From Acidilobaceae archaeon (lineage in GTDB: Archaea > Thermoproteota > Thermoprotei_A > Sulfolobales > Acidilobaceae), in assembly GCA_038897215.1 (NCBI GenBank), contig JAWAWX010000001.1, positions 965,008 to 1,029,007 of the forward strand: 64,000 nucleotides of DNA, in the 5' to 3' direction. The translations under genes were made by a program, and so were the position numbers. Shown here in pieces: positions 1-9,272 of this stretch (positions within the stretch are counted from its first letter, which is position 1; every line of letters begins with the position of its first letter). The notes below the pieces were generated by a model. It did no database searches. It was given only the letters and a program-made list of their open reading frames with translations, and was not told the origin of the DNA.

Positions 1-510
1 CTTCCTCCTATCCTTGCCCCGAGGTCTGGCTACTCTCTCGATCATGCCTGCTGTCATCCCGACTTTCTCCAGGTCTATGCCCTCTAGGATGATATCCTGA
101 CCTGAAACCTTGACTGAAACCCCCGGCGGCACCTCTACCACTCTGGGGGTCTTCTCGCCCAGGAAGTTGCTTATGATTATCTTGCCGTCACGGTAGGTCA
201 CGCTGATAGGGAAGTGCACGTAGATGACTTTAAGCTTGTATCTGAAGCCTTTGGTGACTCCTATAATCATGTTCTTTATGTGAGCCGCGATAGTCCCCAC
301 GAGAGCAGTCTCTCTAGCGTTGGGGAAGTACTTGTATACGATGACCTCTCTCGTAGGCTCAGAGTATTCTATCACTACTCCCTTAGCGTAAGAGAAGTCT
401 CTCTCGAGCACTCCCTTAGGGCCTCTGACTACGACTCTACTCCCCTCTACCTTCACCTCGACCTCTTCGGGCACAGCTATCCTCCGCTCTTCCACCACTC
501 TCCTAGCCAT
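1..510 (-). CDS. rpl6: 50S ribosomal protein L6 (uL6); 3' end cut by the window edge
   Basis: Not in the ORF track because there is no stop inside the window. My reverse-strand translation from the ATG at 510-508 gives MARRVVEERRIAVPEEVEVKVEGSRVVVRGPKGVLERDFSYAKG...AAHIKNMIIGVTKGFRYKLKVIYVHFPISV...NFLGEKTPR. The frame stays open for all 170 codons down to position 1. The HIKNMI-GVTKG-RY-L-IY-HFP block matches archaeal uL6 as I recall it. A GGGGGAG run sits 3 nt upstream of the ATG. Confidence 0.9.
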   Translation of the reverse strand, partial: MARRVVEERRIAVPEEVEVKVEGSRVVVRGPKGVLERDFSYAKGVVIEYSEPTREVIVYKYFPNARETALVGTIAAHIKNMIIGVTKGFRYKLKVIYVHFPISVTYRDGKIIISNFLGEKTPRVVEVPPGVSVKVSGQDIILEGIDLEKVGMTAGMIERVARPRGKDRRK

Positions 511-555
511 AGGCTCCCCCATTTAGCCCAAAGCACTCCTTGGGGGATCTCACGC

Positions 556-563
556 TTATATAG
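556..563. promoter_or_regulatory. TATA-like element TTATATAG in the divergent rpl6 / aminopeptidase spacer
   Basis: The only strongly A/T-rich octamer in 511-651. It lies about 46 nt upstream of the rpl6 ATG, which allows a short SD-bearing leader. It could also serve the plus-strand aminopeptidase gene. Confidence 0.35.
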
Positions 564-651
564 GTTGCAGAGACTGCCCCCGGTAGGCGGAGCGTGTCTT
601 CTGAGAGCTCTTTCTAAACTCAAGCTAAAAAGTCTCGAGAGTGAGTCTCGA

Positions 652-1767
652 GTGGTGCTCGCTTTGAGAGACCTCGATAAATTTGCTAGGCTCATCGTCG
701 AGTATTCGGCAGAAGTCTCTAAGGGAGACGAGGTCGTTATCCGCTTTGGAGTCGAGGCTCTCCCATTTGTGAGGACTTTAGTCAAGGCGATTGTAGAGAG
801 GGGAGGCTATCCTAGACTAGAGCTGATAGACGAGGAGACCGCCGAGATATTCTTCAAGTACGCTACGAGAGAGGTTCTCGAGTACCTGTCGCCTATAGAC
901 AAGATGATAGCTGAGAAGATAAACGTCATGATTAGCGTGATCTCCTTCTCTCACACGAAGTACCTGGTCGGAGTAGACCCTGAGAGGATAAAGGTTAGGA
1001 GTGCTGCCACGAGAGAGCTCTCTGAGATATTCATGAGGAGAGATGGAGAGGGTAGCTTGAAGTGGACCGTGACGATATACCCTACCCGAGCTCTAGCTCA
1101 GGAGGCGGGCATGAGCATACTCGACTACGAGGAGTTCATCTACAGAGCTCTCAAGCTCTACGCGGAAGACCCTGTAGCCCACTGGAGAGAGATAGCCGCC
1201 AAGCAGGAGAAGCTAGCTGAGAGGCTATCTAGGATCTCGGAGATCAGGGTAGTAGACTCAGACACAGACCTCACTCTCTCAGTAGCCGGGAGAAGGTGGG
1301 TCAACGATGACGGCAAGAAGAACATGCCGGGAGGAGAGGTCTTCACAGGACCCGTGGAGGAAAGCGTGGAGGGCTACATAGCTTTCACCTACCCCTCTAT
1401 CTGGAGAGGGTACGAGGTAGAGGGCGTCAAGCTAGTATTCAGGAGAGGAGAGGTAGTGGAGGCTACTGCCGTCAAGGGGGAGGAGTTCTTGAAGAAGATG
1501 CTCGAGACCGATGAGGGGGCTAGGAGAGTGGGAGAGTTCGCTTTCGGTCTGAACTACGACATTAGGAGATTCACCAAGCAGATACTCCTAGATGAGAAGA
1601 TAGGAGGAACCATACACCTAGCTCTAGGCTCCGGGTACCATACAACAGGGTCTAAGAACAGGTCGGCGATACACTGGGACATGATAAAAGACACGTCTAA
1701 AGCCAAGATATACGGAGACGGAGACCTCATATACGAGAACGGCAGGTTCCTGTGGGAAGTGCTGTAG
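652..1767 (+). CDS. Aminopeptidase, peptidase family M29 (AmpS/aminopeptidase T-like)
   Basis: C-terminal 371 aa of ORF 214..1767. It is collinear with Thermus aminopeptidase T as I recall it: KGEEFLKKMLETDEGARRVGEFAFG, DEKIGGTIHLALG, HWDMI. I moved the start to GTG 652 (GTG 655 is also possible), because the longer N-terminus runs antisense over rpl6. Confidence 0.8.
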   Translation: MVLALRDLDKFARLIVEYSAEVSKGDEVVIRFGVEALPFVRTLVKAIVERGGYPRLELIDEETAEIFFKYATREVLEYLSPIDKMIAEKINVMISVISFSHTKYLVGVDPERIKVRSAATRELSEIFMRRDGEGSLKWTVTIYPTRALAQEAGMSILDYEEFIYRALKLYAEDPVAHWREIAAKQEKLAERLSRISEIRVVDSDTDLTLSVAGRRWVNDDGKKNMPGGEVFTGPVEESVEGYIAFTYPSIWRGYEVEGVKLVFRRGEVVEATAVKGEEFLKKMLETDEGARRVGEFAFGLNYDIRRFTKQILLDEKIGGTIHLALGSGYHTTGSKNRSAIHWDMIKDTSKAKIYGDGDLIYENGRFLWEVL

Positions 1768-1937
1768 CGCCATCTCTAAGCACTCACTGTACTCCAGCCC
1801 ATCTAGCCGCTCGACTCAGCTCTAACCCTCGAGGGCTCTGCTTTATCTAATCGCTTAAGGCTTATAGAACTCCGCTCGAGTAGTCTCTCTCGGTGGAGAG
1901 TAGAACCCGGTCTGCTGAGAGGCTTCGATGAAGAGTC

Positions 1938-3158
1938 CTAGTCCATCTGACTTCTCATCCGCCTCCTCTTCCTGAATACAGTGATAGCCACTGCCGCCAC
2001 GAGGATTGCTAGAGCTATGAGCGATGTGGCTATGAGAGCTGGAGCTATGAACTCCGTGAGCTTCAGCTCTTCGACTTCTCTCAAGAGAGCTAGATAGGCT
2101 GACTTATCGTTAGCTATAGCTCCAGCTACTGCTATCGTAGAGTCCAACCTCGCTAGCGCTAGAGCTATCACTTCTCTATTAGCTACTTGGGTTAGATTAG
2201 CTACTTTCTCGAGCCTGAAGCCAGCTTCTAGCGAGAAGCTGTATCTAGCGATCAGCACTCCCTGCTCGGTTACTGCTGTAGCGTAGACTCTACCAGAGTC
2301 CGCTACGAGAGCCGAGAATGCTCCGCGAGTATCTCCTATCGAGTGCCCGGCTTTCACGGGCTCTTCTGTGGTCATGTAGATGAGTATTGGGTGGTAGGAT
2401 TCTCCAACGACTATACTCCCGGCTACGAGTAGAGCTAGGTCGAGGCAGCTGCAATCGTAGGGAATTATGGGAGTCGAGGTGTTGTAGTTCAGGATCCTCA
2501 AGAGAGAGCCCGCTGGTGAGACTAGAGCTACGCTGAGCCCGTGGCTAGCCGAAAACGCTACGACTGCCACCCCGTCTCTTCGGAGAGCTATGCAGGCTGA
2601 GGGCTTGAAGAGCGTTGCATCTGGTAGCTGTATAGTCCACTCTACCTCGCGGGGTGAGATCTTAGAGGCTACTAGAGCGTCTCCGCTAACAGCAACTACT
2701 AGAGATGAGCCTCCCCAGATAGAGCCATAGACTATCGTGATACCTCGAGGCAGGCTGATCGTGGAGTCTACGGAGACCCGGGGAGCGGCTAGAGAGACTG
2801 TTATGAAGTAGAGAACCGCAGAGCCACCCTCATCTACCGCTGCTAGCACGCGTATAGCGTCTGCTTCTAGAACCGAGTCTAGTATGTAGAGACTTCTCCC
2901 AGCTACTCTCTCGAAGACAAGTCTCTCGATAACATCAGGGCTCGCTCTATCTATCTTAGAGACCACGAGATAGCCTCCGCGAGAGCCGATTACGTAGTAG
3001 ATTCTACCGTATGCCATCACGTGAGTATAGCTATCTACCTGGTCGTCAACGCTCTGCCATAGCAACTCGAGGAAGACAGTGCTTGCTGAAGACAGCCCCG
3101 TTGTCGACAACGCTAGGAGAGTGAGAGCGAGAGCAGACATCACCCTAAGCCAATACAA
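1938..3158 (-). CDS. Hypothetical secreted protein with a C-terminal transmembrane anchor, beta-rich ectodomain
   Basis: ORF 1938..3335. A signal-peptide-like segment (YWLRVMSALALTLLALSTTGLSSAS) begins at TTG 3158; GTG 3143 and ATG 3140 are alternatives. The C-terminus is APALIATSLIALAILVAAVAITVF followed by RKRRRMR. The start is uncertain and the longest ORF reaches 3335. Confidence 0.55.
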   Translation of the reverse strand: MYWLRVMSALALTLLALSTTGLSSASTVFLELLWQSVDDQVDSYTHVMAYGRIYYVIGSRGGYLVVSKIDRASPDVIERLVFERVAGRSLYILDSVLEADAIRVLAAVDEGGSAVLYFITVSLAAPRVSVDSTISLPRGITIVYGSIWGGSSLVVAVSGDALVASKISPREVEWTIQLPDATLFKPSACIALRRDGVAVVAFSASHGLSVALVSPAGSLLRILNYNTSTPIIPYDCSCLDLALLVAGSIVVGESYHPILIYMTTEEPVKAGHSIGDTRGAFSALVADSGRVYATAVTEQGVLIARYSFSLEAGFRLEKVANLTQVANREVIALALARLDSTIAVAGAIANDKSAYLALLREVEELKLTEFIAPALIATSLIALAILVAAVAITVFRKRRRMRSQMD

Positions 3159-3496
3159 GACTCTGACCCTAGAGTCTACTAAAGCGAGTGGATATATCCC
3201 TTGTAGAGACTCCCGGCTAGCTGGAGGTCGGGTCTCCTCCTGCTTAGAGCTCGCGGACTCGCTCGCTTCCAGGATACCTGCTCTTCTCCTCGTATCCGAG
3301 AGCTCCCGCCTCGCCAGCACCGACTCTGGTGCCATGCTGGCTCACGAGTCGTCATAGGCCGGGTGACGGTGCTCTAAGCGCTACTTCCATAGCGTTCACT
3401 GCTTCGTAGAGCATGCTGAGCCTGTAGCGCTCCGCGAGGAGAGAGAAGACATCTCCTTTAAGCCTGACCTCTAGAGAGAGGCTTGAGGAGGTCTAG

Positions 3497-4513
3497 GTGA
3501 GCGCTCGGAGACATAGCGGTGTAAGCACGAGACCTGCTAGAGGCTGTGAGCTCTGCGCTATGGGAGCCAAGTCTGTGATCTTCATCACAGGCCTATGTCC
3601 TGAAGACTGTTTCTACTGCCCTATCAGTCCTGAGAAGTGGAGAGCTGATGTGATGTACGTGAACGAAGAGAGAGTCTATAGCGTAGACGAGCTGGTGATA
3701 GAGGTGTCTAGAGCTTCCTCTCTGGGAGCCGGCATAACGGGAGGAGAGCCACTCGTAGTCTTGGATAGAGTGCTGGATGCGATCACAGCTCTCAAGGAGC
3801 ACTTCGGAGAGAGCTTCCACATACATCTATACACGAGCGGCTCTCAGGGGCTCACGAGGCACGTGCTAAGCCTCTGGAGCGCTGGCCTTGATGAGATAAG
3901 ATTCCACCCAGTAACCCCCAGAGCTTTCGAGCTAGCTGAGTACGCTGTTAGAGAGACCGGGATGGATGTGGGCTTCGAGATACCGATAGCTCCAGGGCTC
4001 GAGAAGTGGGCTATGGGAGTAGTGGAGGAGGCGTCGAGGATAGGGGCTAAGTTCGTGAACCTCAACGAGATGGAGTTTAGCGAGAGAAACTCGAGAAGAC
4101 TACTCCTCCGGGGGCTCAAGCCGAGCAGAGTGAGACCATACGCTGTAGAGGGGGCTCTCGAGGCGGCGAGAAGAGTGCTAGAGTGGGCTAGAGAGCACTC
4201 GAGCGTCTACGTTCACTTCTGCCCAGTCAGCTTCAAGGACTCGGTTCAGCTAAAGAACAGGATGAGGAGACTAGCTGAAGCCGATGCCAGATGGTTTGAG
4301 AAAGTAACGGAGGAGGGAACAGTAGTATGGGGAGAGCTCGAGTGCAGAGAAGAGCCAGTAGAGGAGAGCGAGAAGTGTAGAGAGGGGAGAGTCTGCCTGC
4401 CCCCCGACGAGAGCAAGCTTAGGAGAATAGCGAGAGAGAAAGACTGCCGAGTATTCCTCGTAGAAGCATACCCGACGAGGAATAGGATGGTGCTACACGA
4501 GGAAGAGCTCTAA
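3497..4513 (+). CDS. Radical SAM protein, pyruvate formate-lyase-activase-related (COG2108-like)
   Basis: CX3CX2C cluster motif in GLCPEDCFYCPISPEKW, followed by GITGGEPL (SAM-binding GGE motif). Confidence 0.75.
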   Translation: MSARRHSGVSTRPARGCELCAMGAKSVIFITGLCPEDCFYCPISPEKWRADVMYVNEERVYSVDELVIEVSRASSLGAGITGGEPLVVLDRVLDAITALKEHFGESFHIHLYTSGSQGLTRHVLSLWSAGLDEIRFHPVTPRAFELAEYAVRETGMDVGFEIPIAPGLEKWAMGVVEEASRIGAKFVNLNEMEFSERNSRRLLLRGLKPSRVRPYAVEGALEAARRVLEWAREHSSVYVHFCPVSFKDSVQLKNRMRRLAEADARWFEKVTEEGTVVWGELECREEPVEESEKCREGRVCLPPDESKLRRIAREKDCRVFLVEAYPTRNRMVLHEEEL

Positions 4514-4632
4514 GCTAGACCTCTTCACAGCCTCAGTAGCGACCTCGCTGAAAGCGCGCGAGGCTAGCATCGAGAGTTGGTCGAGTTCTCCGAGAAGACT
4601 ATGCCTTGTGGCGAGGCGGGTCTGATGGAATT

Positions 4633-5955
4633 CTACTCTGCTCTCTTCTCCCCAGCTAGAAGCGCCTTGACGACTCTGGGGAGCTCTTCTAGACTCGCTA
4701 CTTCTCTCCTCCCGCTTGGAGCATGGTACACAGTCGCTACTCCTTTCTCAGCCTCTATCTGCCCTATGAAGACCAGCACTGGGACCCCTAGCCTTCTAGC
4801 TCTTCTTCTCTGAGCGTCCTCGCTCGAGCGCATCAAATCTATTCTAGTGTTGACCCCGGCTTCTCTGAGGATTCTAGCTACTCTCCACGCGTACTTGCTC
4901 AGAGCCCAGTCGAGGACCACTACTTGAGCTTCTGTGAGTGTCTGCTTCGAGGTCGAGACCAGGCCTAGCTCTATGCTAGCGTCTATTATCCTCTCTAAGC
5001 CTAAGCTGACGCCGGTAGCGGGGATGTCTCTTCCAGCGAAGAGCTTTATCAGGTTATCGTACCTACCTCCTCCAGCCACGCTCCCAATCCTAGGCGTTGA
5101 TAGCTTAGCCTCGAAGATCGGTCCAGTGTAGTAGTCTAGACCTCGCACTAGGCTCAGGTCGAAGACTATGCGGTCAGCGTTATGCACCAAGTCTAAAGCC
5201 TTGAAGAGATGCTCGCAACCCTCTCGGATCCTGGTGTTCGACGAGTACCTAGAGCAGAGCGAGTCGAGGCTAGCAAAGGGGTCTCCTCTAATCTCGATGA
5301 GCTTCATCACTGTCTCGACGAACTCTCTCGAGTACCCCTTGTCTAAGAGCTCTCTCCTAACCCCCTCGACTCCTATCTTATCCAGCTTGTCTATAGCTCT
5401 GTAGAGGGGGAGTGGGTCGGATAGCTCTAGCTCGCTCTCGAATATCCCGGCCAGTATCCTCCTATCATTGACTAGTATCTTGAAGTCCGAGAAGCCCACT
5501 TCTTTCAGAACGTCTGCTGTCAAGTCTAGTATCTCGGCATCAGCCTCGGGATAGGGGCTCCCCACTATGTCTGCATCGCATTGATAGAACTCTCTATACC
5601 TCCCCCTCTGGGGCTCCTCGTGTCTCCAGACTGGAGCTATGTGGTACCTTTTGAACGGAAGCGGGATGTCTGGTCTTGATGCCACAAACCTGGCTAGAGG
5701 AACCGTCAGGTCGTATCTTAGAGCGTACTCTCTACCACTCCAGGGGTCCGTGAATCGCCATATGAGCCTAGACTCAGCCTCCTCTCCGTACTTCCCAGCG
5801 AGAGTCTCCCAGTACTCTATAGCGGGTGTGTCGAGAGGGTCGAACCCGTAGCGCTCGAAGACCGTGACGATTTTACCTATTACCTCTCTCCTGGCAATCA
5901 TAACTTCTGGAGGGAAGTCTCTAAAGCCTCTGGGAGGTCTAGCCTCTCTACTCAA
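4633..5955 (-). CDS. hisS: Histidyl-tRNA synthetase
   Basis: PRGFRDFPPEVM, class II motifs (YHIAPVWRHEEPQRGRYREFYQCD, GGGRYD) and a C-terminal anticodon-binding domain. I placed the start at TTG 5955-5953, which is 2 nt after the upstream gene's TGA. The longest ORF, reaching 6075, would overlap that gene by 119 nt. Confidence 0.9.
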   Translation of the reverse strand: MSREARPPRGFRDFPPEVMIARREVIGKIVTVFERYGFDPLDTPAIEYWETLAGKYGEEAESRLIWRFTDPWSGREYALRYDLTVPLARFVASRPDIPLPFKRYHIAPVWRHEEPQRGRYREFYQCDADIVGSPYPEADAEILDLTADVLKEVGFSDFKILVNDRRILAGIFESELELSDPLPLYRAIDKLDKIGVEGVRRELLDKGYSREFVETVMKLIEIRGDPFASLDSLCSRYSSNTRIREGCEHLFKALDLVHNADRIVFDLSLVRGLDYYTGPIFEAKLSTPRIGSVAGGGRYDNLIKLFAGRDIPATGVSLGLERIIDASIELGLVSTSKQTLTEAQVVVLDWALSKYAWRVARILREAGVNTRIDLMRSSEDAQRRRARRLGVPVLVFIGQIEAEKGVATVYHAPSGRREVASLEELPRVVKALLAGEKRAE

Positions 5956-5956
5956 C

Positions 5957-6448
5957 TCAATCCTCCTGAGGAGTTCTCTGAACCGAGCGGGAATTATAAG
6001 ACTTGGCTTCCAATAGCTTGCCGCACTCTTCAAGAGCCTCTCTCTCTTCTTCTGCTCTAGCGAACGCCACCACAACAGCCCCGAGTTCTGCTAGCAGGCC
6101 CCCGAGTTCCTCTTCTACCTTGAAGAGGTGGCTGGGAGAGCGTCTATCATCGCTCGAGCCGAAGCCAGGGATGTGCTTAAGCCTGGTGGCGAGGAGGAGC
6201 GCTACGTCTGGCTCCCGGGCTTCTATCAGGTAGAATCCTAGCTTGCTGCACTCGACACTCAGGTAGTCTATATGCCAGAACATCTTCTTAGCTCGAGAGT
6301 AGTGCCTTTGGACTCTCTTACAGCAATTGCTTCCACAGGAGCCCACGTAAGCGTAGACACCAGCTGGGATCTCGAAGACTCTAGACCTCGTCTTCAAGAC
6401 TAGACTAGGGCATTCTAGAAGAAGCACGTAGGATTTGAATAACGCCAT
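5957..6448 (-). CDS. DUF123 / GIY-YIG-superfamily (Uri-like) protein
   Basis: GVYAYVGSCGSNCCKRVQRHYSRAKKMFWHIDYL matches the DUF123 signature I recall (G-Y-Y-VGS...R-RH...K..HWHIDYL). Confidence 0.65.
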   Translation of the reverse strand: MALFKSYVLLLECPSLVLKTRSRVFEIPAGVYAYVGSCGSNCCKRVQRHYSRAKKMFWHIDYLSVECSKLGFYLIEAREPDVALLLATRLKHIPGFGSSDDRRSPSHLFKVEEELGGLLAELGAVVVAFARAEEEREALEECGKLLEAKSYNSRSVQRTPQED

Positions 6449-6629
6449 CAGCGGCTTTCACCGCAACTCTAAGACCAGCTACTGCATCTCGGACCTTATA
6501 TCACTACAGCACGTTCTCAGCTCTCGCGAAGACGAGTCGGTGGCTCGACTAGGCTCTCTCGGTTGAGCATCAAGAATTCTTAGTAACGCTTAAAGGTTAT
6601 TCCTACTATGGTGCACTATGGTGTAGCTA

Positions 6630-9068
6630 GTGGGTTCTCTGATCCTCTGGCTCGAGGAGCTAGACCCGAGAGAGCTAGCTCTAATTGGGGGTAAGGCTAG
6701 CGGGCTGGCTAAGCTGATAAAAGCCGGGCTTCCTGTTCCTCCAGGCTTCGTGGTCACGTCTGAAGCGTACAAGCTCTTCGTGGAGGAAACGGGACTCAAG
6801 GACTATATCGAGAAGGTTTTGAGAGAAGTAATCAAGACGGGAGACCCTAGAGAGTACGAGGAGGCAAGCAAGCTGATAAGAGCTAAGTTCGACGAGACCC
6901 CGATGCCTAGCGAGCTAGCTGAGAGCATCAAGAAAGCCTACGTGGAGCTCTGCGAGAAGCTTGGAGTGAGAGAAGCGAGAGTAGCAGTTAGGAGTAGCGC
7001 TACAGCCGAAGACCTGCCTGAAGCAAGCTTTGCTGGACAGCAGGAGACTTATCTGAACATAGTGGGCGCCGAGAGAGTAGTCGAGATGGTCAAGAAGGCT
7101 TGGAGTAGTCTCTGGACTCCTAGAGCTATAATGTATAGAGACAGCATGAAGGTAGAGCACAGTAGAGCCTACATGGCTGTCGTCGTCCAGAAGATGGTTA
7201 ACAGTAGGAGTAGCGGCGTTTTGTTCACTATACACCCCGTGACGGGCGATGAAGACAAGATCGTTGTTGAAGCTGTCTGGGGGCTAGGAGAGCTCATAGT
7301 ATCAGGTAAGGCTACACCAGATAGGTACGTTGTGAACAAGGCTACGCTAGAGATAATTGAGAAGAAGATCGCGAGAAAGCCTAGAGCTCTCCTCTACGAC
7401 CCCGACTCGCGTAGAAACATAGAGGTAGAGGTCCCCGAGAGCGATAGAGAGCTAGCTAAGCTCTATGCTGAGAAGCCTAGCATAGCCGACCTCCTAGAGA
7501 AGCATGGGATTAGGCCAGACTCTCCGGCTCTCAGCGAGGAGGAGGTCAAGCATTTAGCCAAGCTGGCGATCAAGGCTGAGTCCTACTTCGGCGTGCCTCT
7601 AGACATCGAGTGGGCTGTAGACGCTGACCTAGAGTTCCCTCAGAGCATCTACATAGTCCAAGCTAGGCCCGAGACTGTCTGGAGCACTAAGAAGAAGACG
7701 GAGAAGACTAGAGCTGAAGCCGTGGAGGCTACCTCAGCCAAGATCTTGGTGAGAGGGATCCCAGCTAGCCCCGGTCTAGCCTATGGGAGAGCTAAAGTAG
7801 CGCTGAGCGTGGAGGAAGCAGCTCGAAAGATGGAGAAAGGAGACGTGCTAGTCACCAAGATGACAGACCCAGACTGGGTCCCCTACATGAAGCTAGCTTC
7901 AGCAATAGTCACAGACGAGGGGGGGATAACTGCTCACGCAGCGATAGTAGCTAGAGAGCTGGGAATACCCGCCGTAGTGGGTGCCGGTAACGCCACGAAG
8001 GTGCTAGAAGACGGGCTAGAAGTCACGGTAGACGGCTCCAGGGGAGTAGTCTACGAGGGCGTGGTGAAAGTCGAGGAGGAGAAGCCGGCTGCTCCCGCTG
8101 AAGTCGTGGTCTCAGCCTATCCGGCTACAGCTACCAAGATATACATGAATCTAGGCCAGCCAGCTGAGATAGACAGATACAAGAACCTGCCTTTCGACGG
8201 AATCGGGTTGATGAGGATAGAGTTCATCATAGCGAGCTGGATAGAGTACCACCCACTCTACCTCATCGAGCAGGGCCGCGGAGACTTCTTCGTAGACAAG
8301 CTGGCAGAAGGGATAGCCAAGGTGGCTAGTGCTATCTACCCGAGACCCGTCGTGGTGAGATTCAGCGACTTCAGGACAAACGAGTACGCTAGGCTGAAGG
8401 GAGCGGAGAAGTACGAGACTCTGGATGAGCGCAACCCGATGATTGGCTGGAGAGGGGTAGCTAGATACATCAGCCCCCAGTACGAGCCCGCCTTCAGGCT
8501 AGAGCTTAGAGCGATAAAGAAAGTCAGGGAGGAGTGGGGGCTGAAGAACGTTTGGGTCATGTTCCCATTCGTTAGAACAACCTGGGAGCTCGAGAAGGCG
8601 CTCAAGCTGATGGAGAGCGAGGGCCTAGGCAGGTCTAAAGACTTCAAGGTCTGGATAATGGTCGAGGTCCCGAGCACGGTATTCCTGGCAGAGGAATTCG
8701 CCAAGATGGTAGACGGTTTCAGCATAGGGAGCAATGACTTGACGCAACTGGTTCTAGGAGCTGATAGAGATAGCGGGATACTGGCTAGAATGGGCTACTT
8801 CGACGAGAGAGACCCGGCTGTCTTGAAGGCGATAAGGAGAGTGATCAGAGCAGCTAAGAAGCACGGAATAACGAGCAGCATATGCGGCCAGGCTCCGAGC
8901 GTGTACCCGGAGATAGTAGAGTTCCTCGTGAGAGAAGGCATAGACTCTATCAGCGTCAACCCCGACGCGGTAGTCTCCACGAGGATGCTCGTAGCCAGCA
9001 TTGAGAGAAAGCTGATGCTAGAGAGGCTGAGCAGTATCGAGAAGAAGCTCAAGAAGCTGAAGCGCTAG
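6630..9068 (+). CDS. ppsA: Phosphoenolpyruvate synthase (pyruvate, water dikinase)
   Basis: 812 aa. N-terminal ATP-grasp domain (IGGKASGLAKL), a swivel phosphohistidine domain (TDEGGITAHAAIVARELGIPAVVG) and a C-terminal PEP-utilising TIM barrel (GFSIGSNDLTQL). Confidence 0.95.
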   Translation: MGSLILWLEELDPRELALIGGKASGLAKLIKAGLPVPPGFVVTSEAYKLFVEETGLKDYIEKVLREVIKTGDPREYEEASKLIRAKFDETPMPSELAESIKKAYVELCEKLGVREARVAVRSSATAEDLPEASFAGQQETYLNIVGAERVVEMVKKAWSSLWTPRAIMYRDSMKVEHSRAYMAVVVQKMVNSRSSGVLFTIHPVTGDEDKIVVEAVWGLGELIVSGKATPDRYVVNKATLEIIEKKIARKPRALLYDPDSRRNIEVEVPESDRELAKLYAEKPSIADLLEKHGIRPDSPALSEEEVKHLAKLAIKAESYFGVPLDIEWAVDADLEFPQSIYIVQARPETVWSTKKKTEKTRAEAVEATSAKILVRGIPASPGLAYGRAKVALSVEEAARKMEKGDVLVTKMTDPDWVPYMKLASAIVTDEGGITAHAAIVARELGIPAVVGAGNATKVLEDGLEVTVDGSRGVVYEGVVKVEEEKPAAPAEVVVSAYPATATKIYMNLGQPAEIDRYKNLPFDGIGLMRIEFIIASWIEYHPLYLIEQGRGDFFVDKLAEGIAKVASAIYPRPVVVRFSDFRTNEYARLKGAEKYETLDERNPMIGWRGVARYISPQYEPAFRLELRAIKKVREEWGLKNVWVMFPFVRTTWELEKALKLMESEGLGRSKDFKVWIMVEVPSTVFLAEEFAKMVDGFSIGSNDLTQLVLGADRDSGILARMGYFDERDPAVLKAIRRVIRAAKKHGITSSICGQAPSVYPEIVEFLVREGIDSISVNPDAVVSTRMLVASIERKLMLERLSSIEKKLKKLKR

Positions 9069-9272
9069 CTCTCCCCTTGCGCTCTATAGTCTTCTCAACC
9101 ACGAGTTTCTCCCGAGCTCTCCACCCTCAGCCCCCTACCTGCTACTTACCGCTATTGCCTCGAGAGGCGTGCAAGGTAGTGCATAAAGCCTTACTGCTCT
9201 GTGTAGAGAGAGGGGAGCACTATCTTCAGGTATCTCTCTAGCGATATAGTTGAGAGGATAAGACCCGATGCG

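Noticed and set aside
214-651. N-terminal 146 codons of ORF-track entry 214..1767
   Set aside because: This part runs antisense across the rpl6 coding region and has no similarity to M29 aminopeptidases. The recognisable enzyme begins near GTG 652.
5956-6075. Longest-ORF extension of hisS (TTG 6075), overlapping the DUF123 gene by 119 nt
   Set aside because: The extension has no counterpart in HisRS. A TTG directly after the upstream stop yields the canonical N-terminus preceding PRGFRD.
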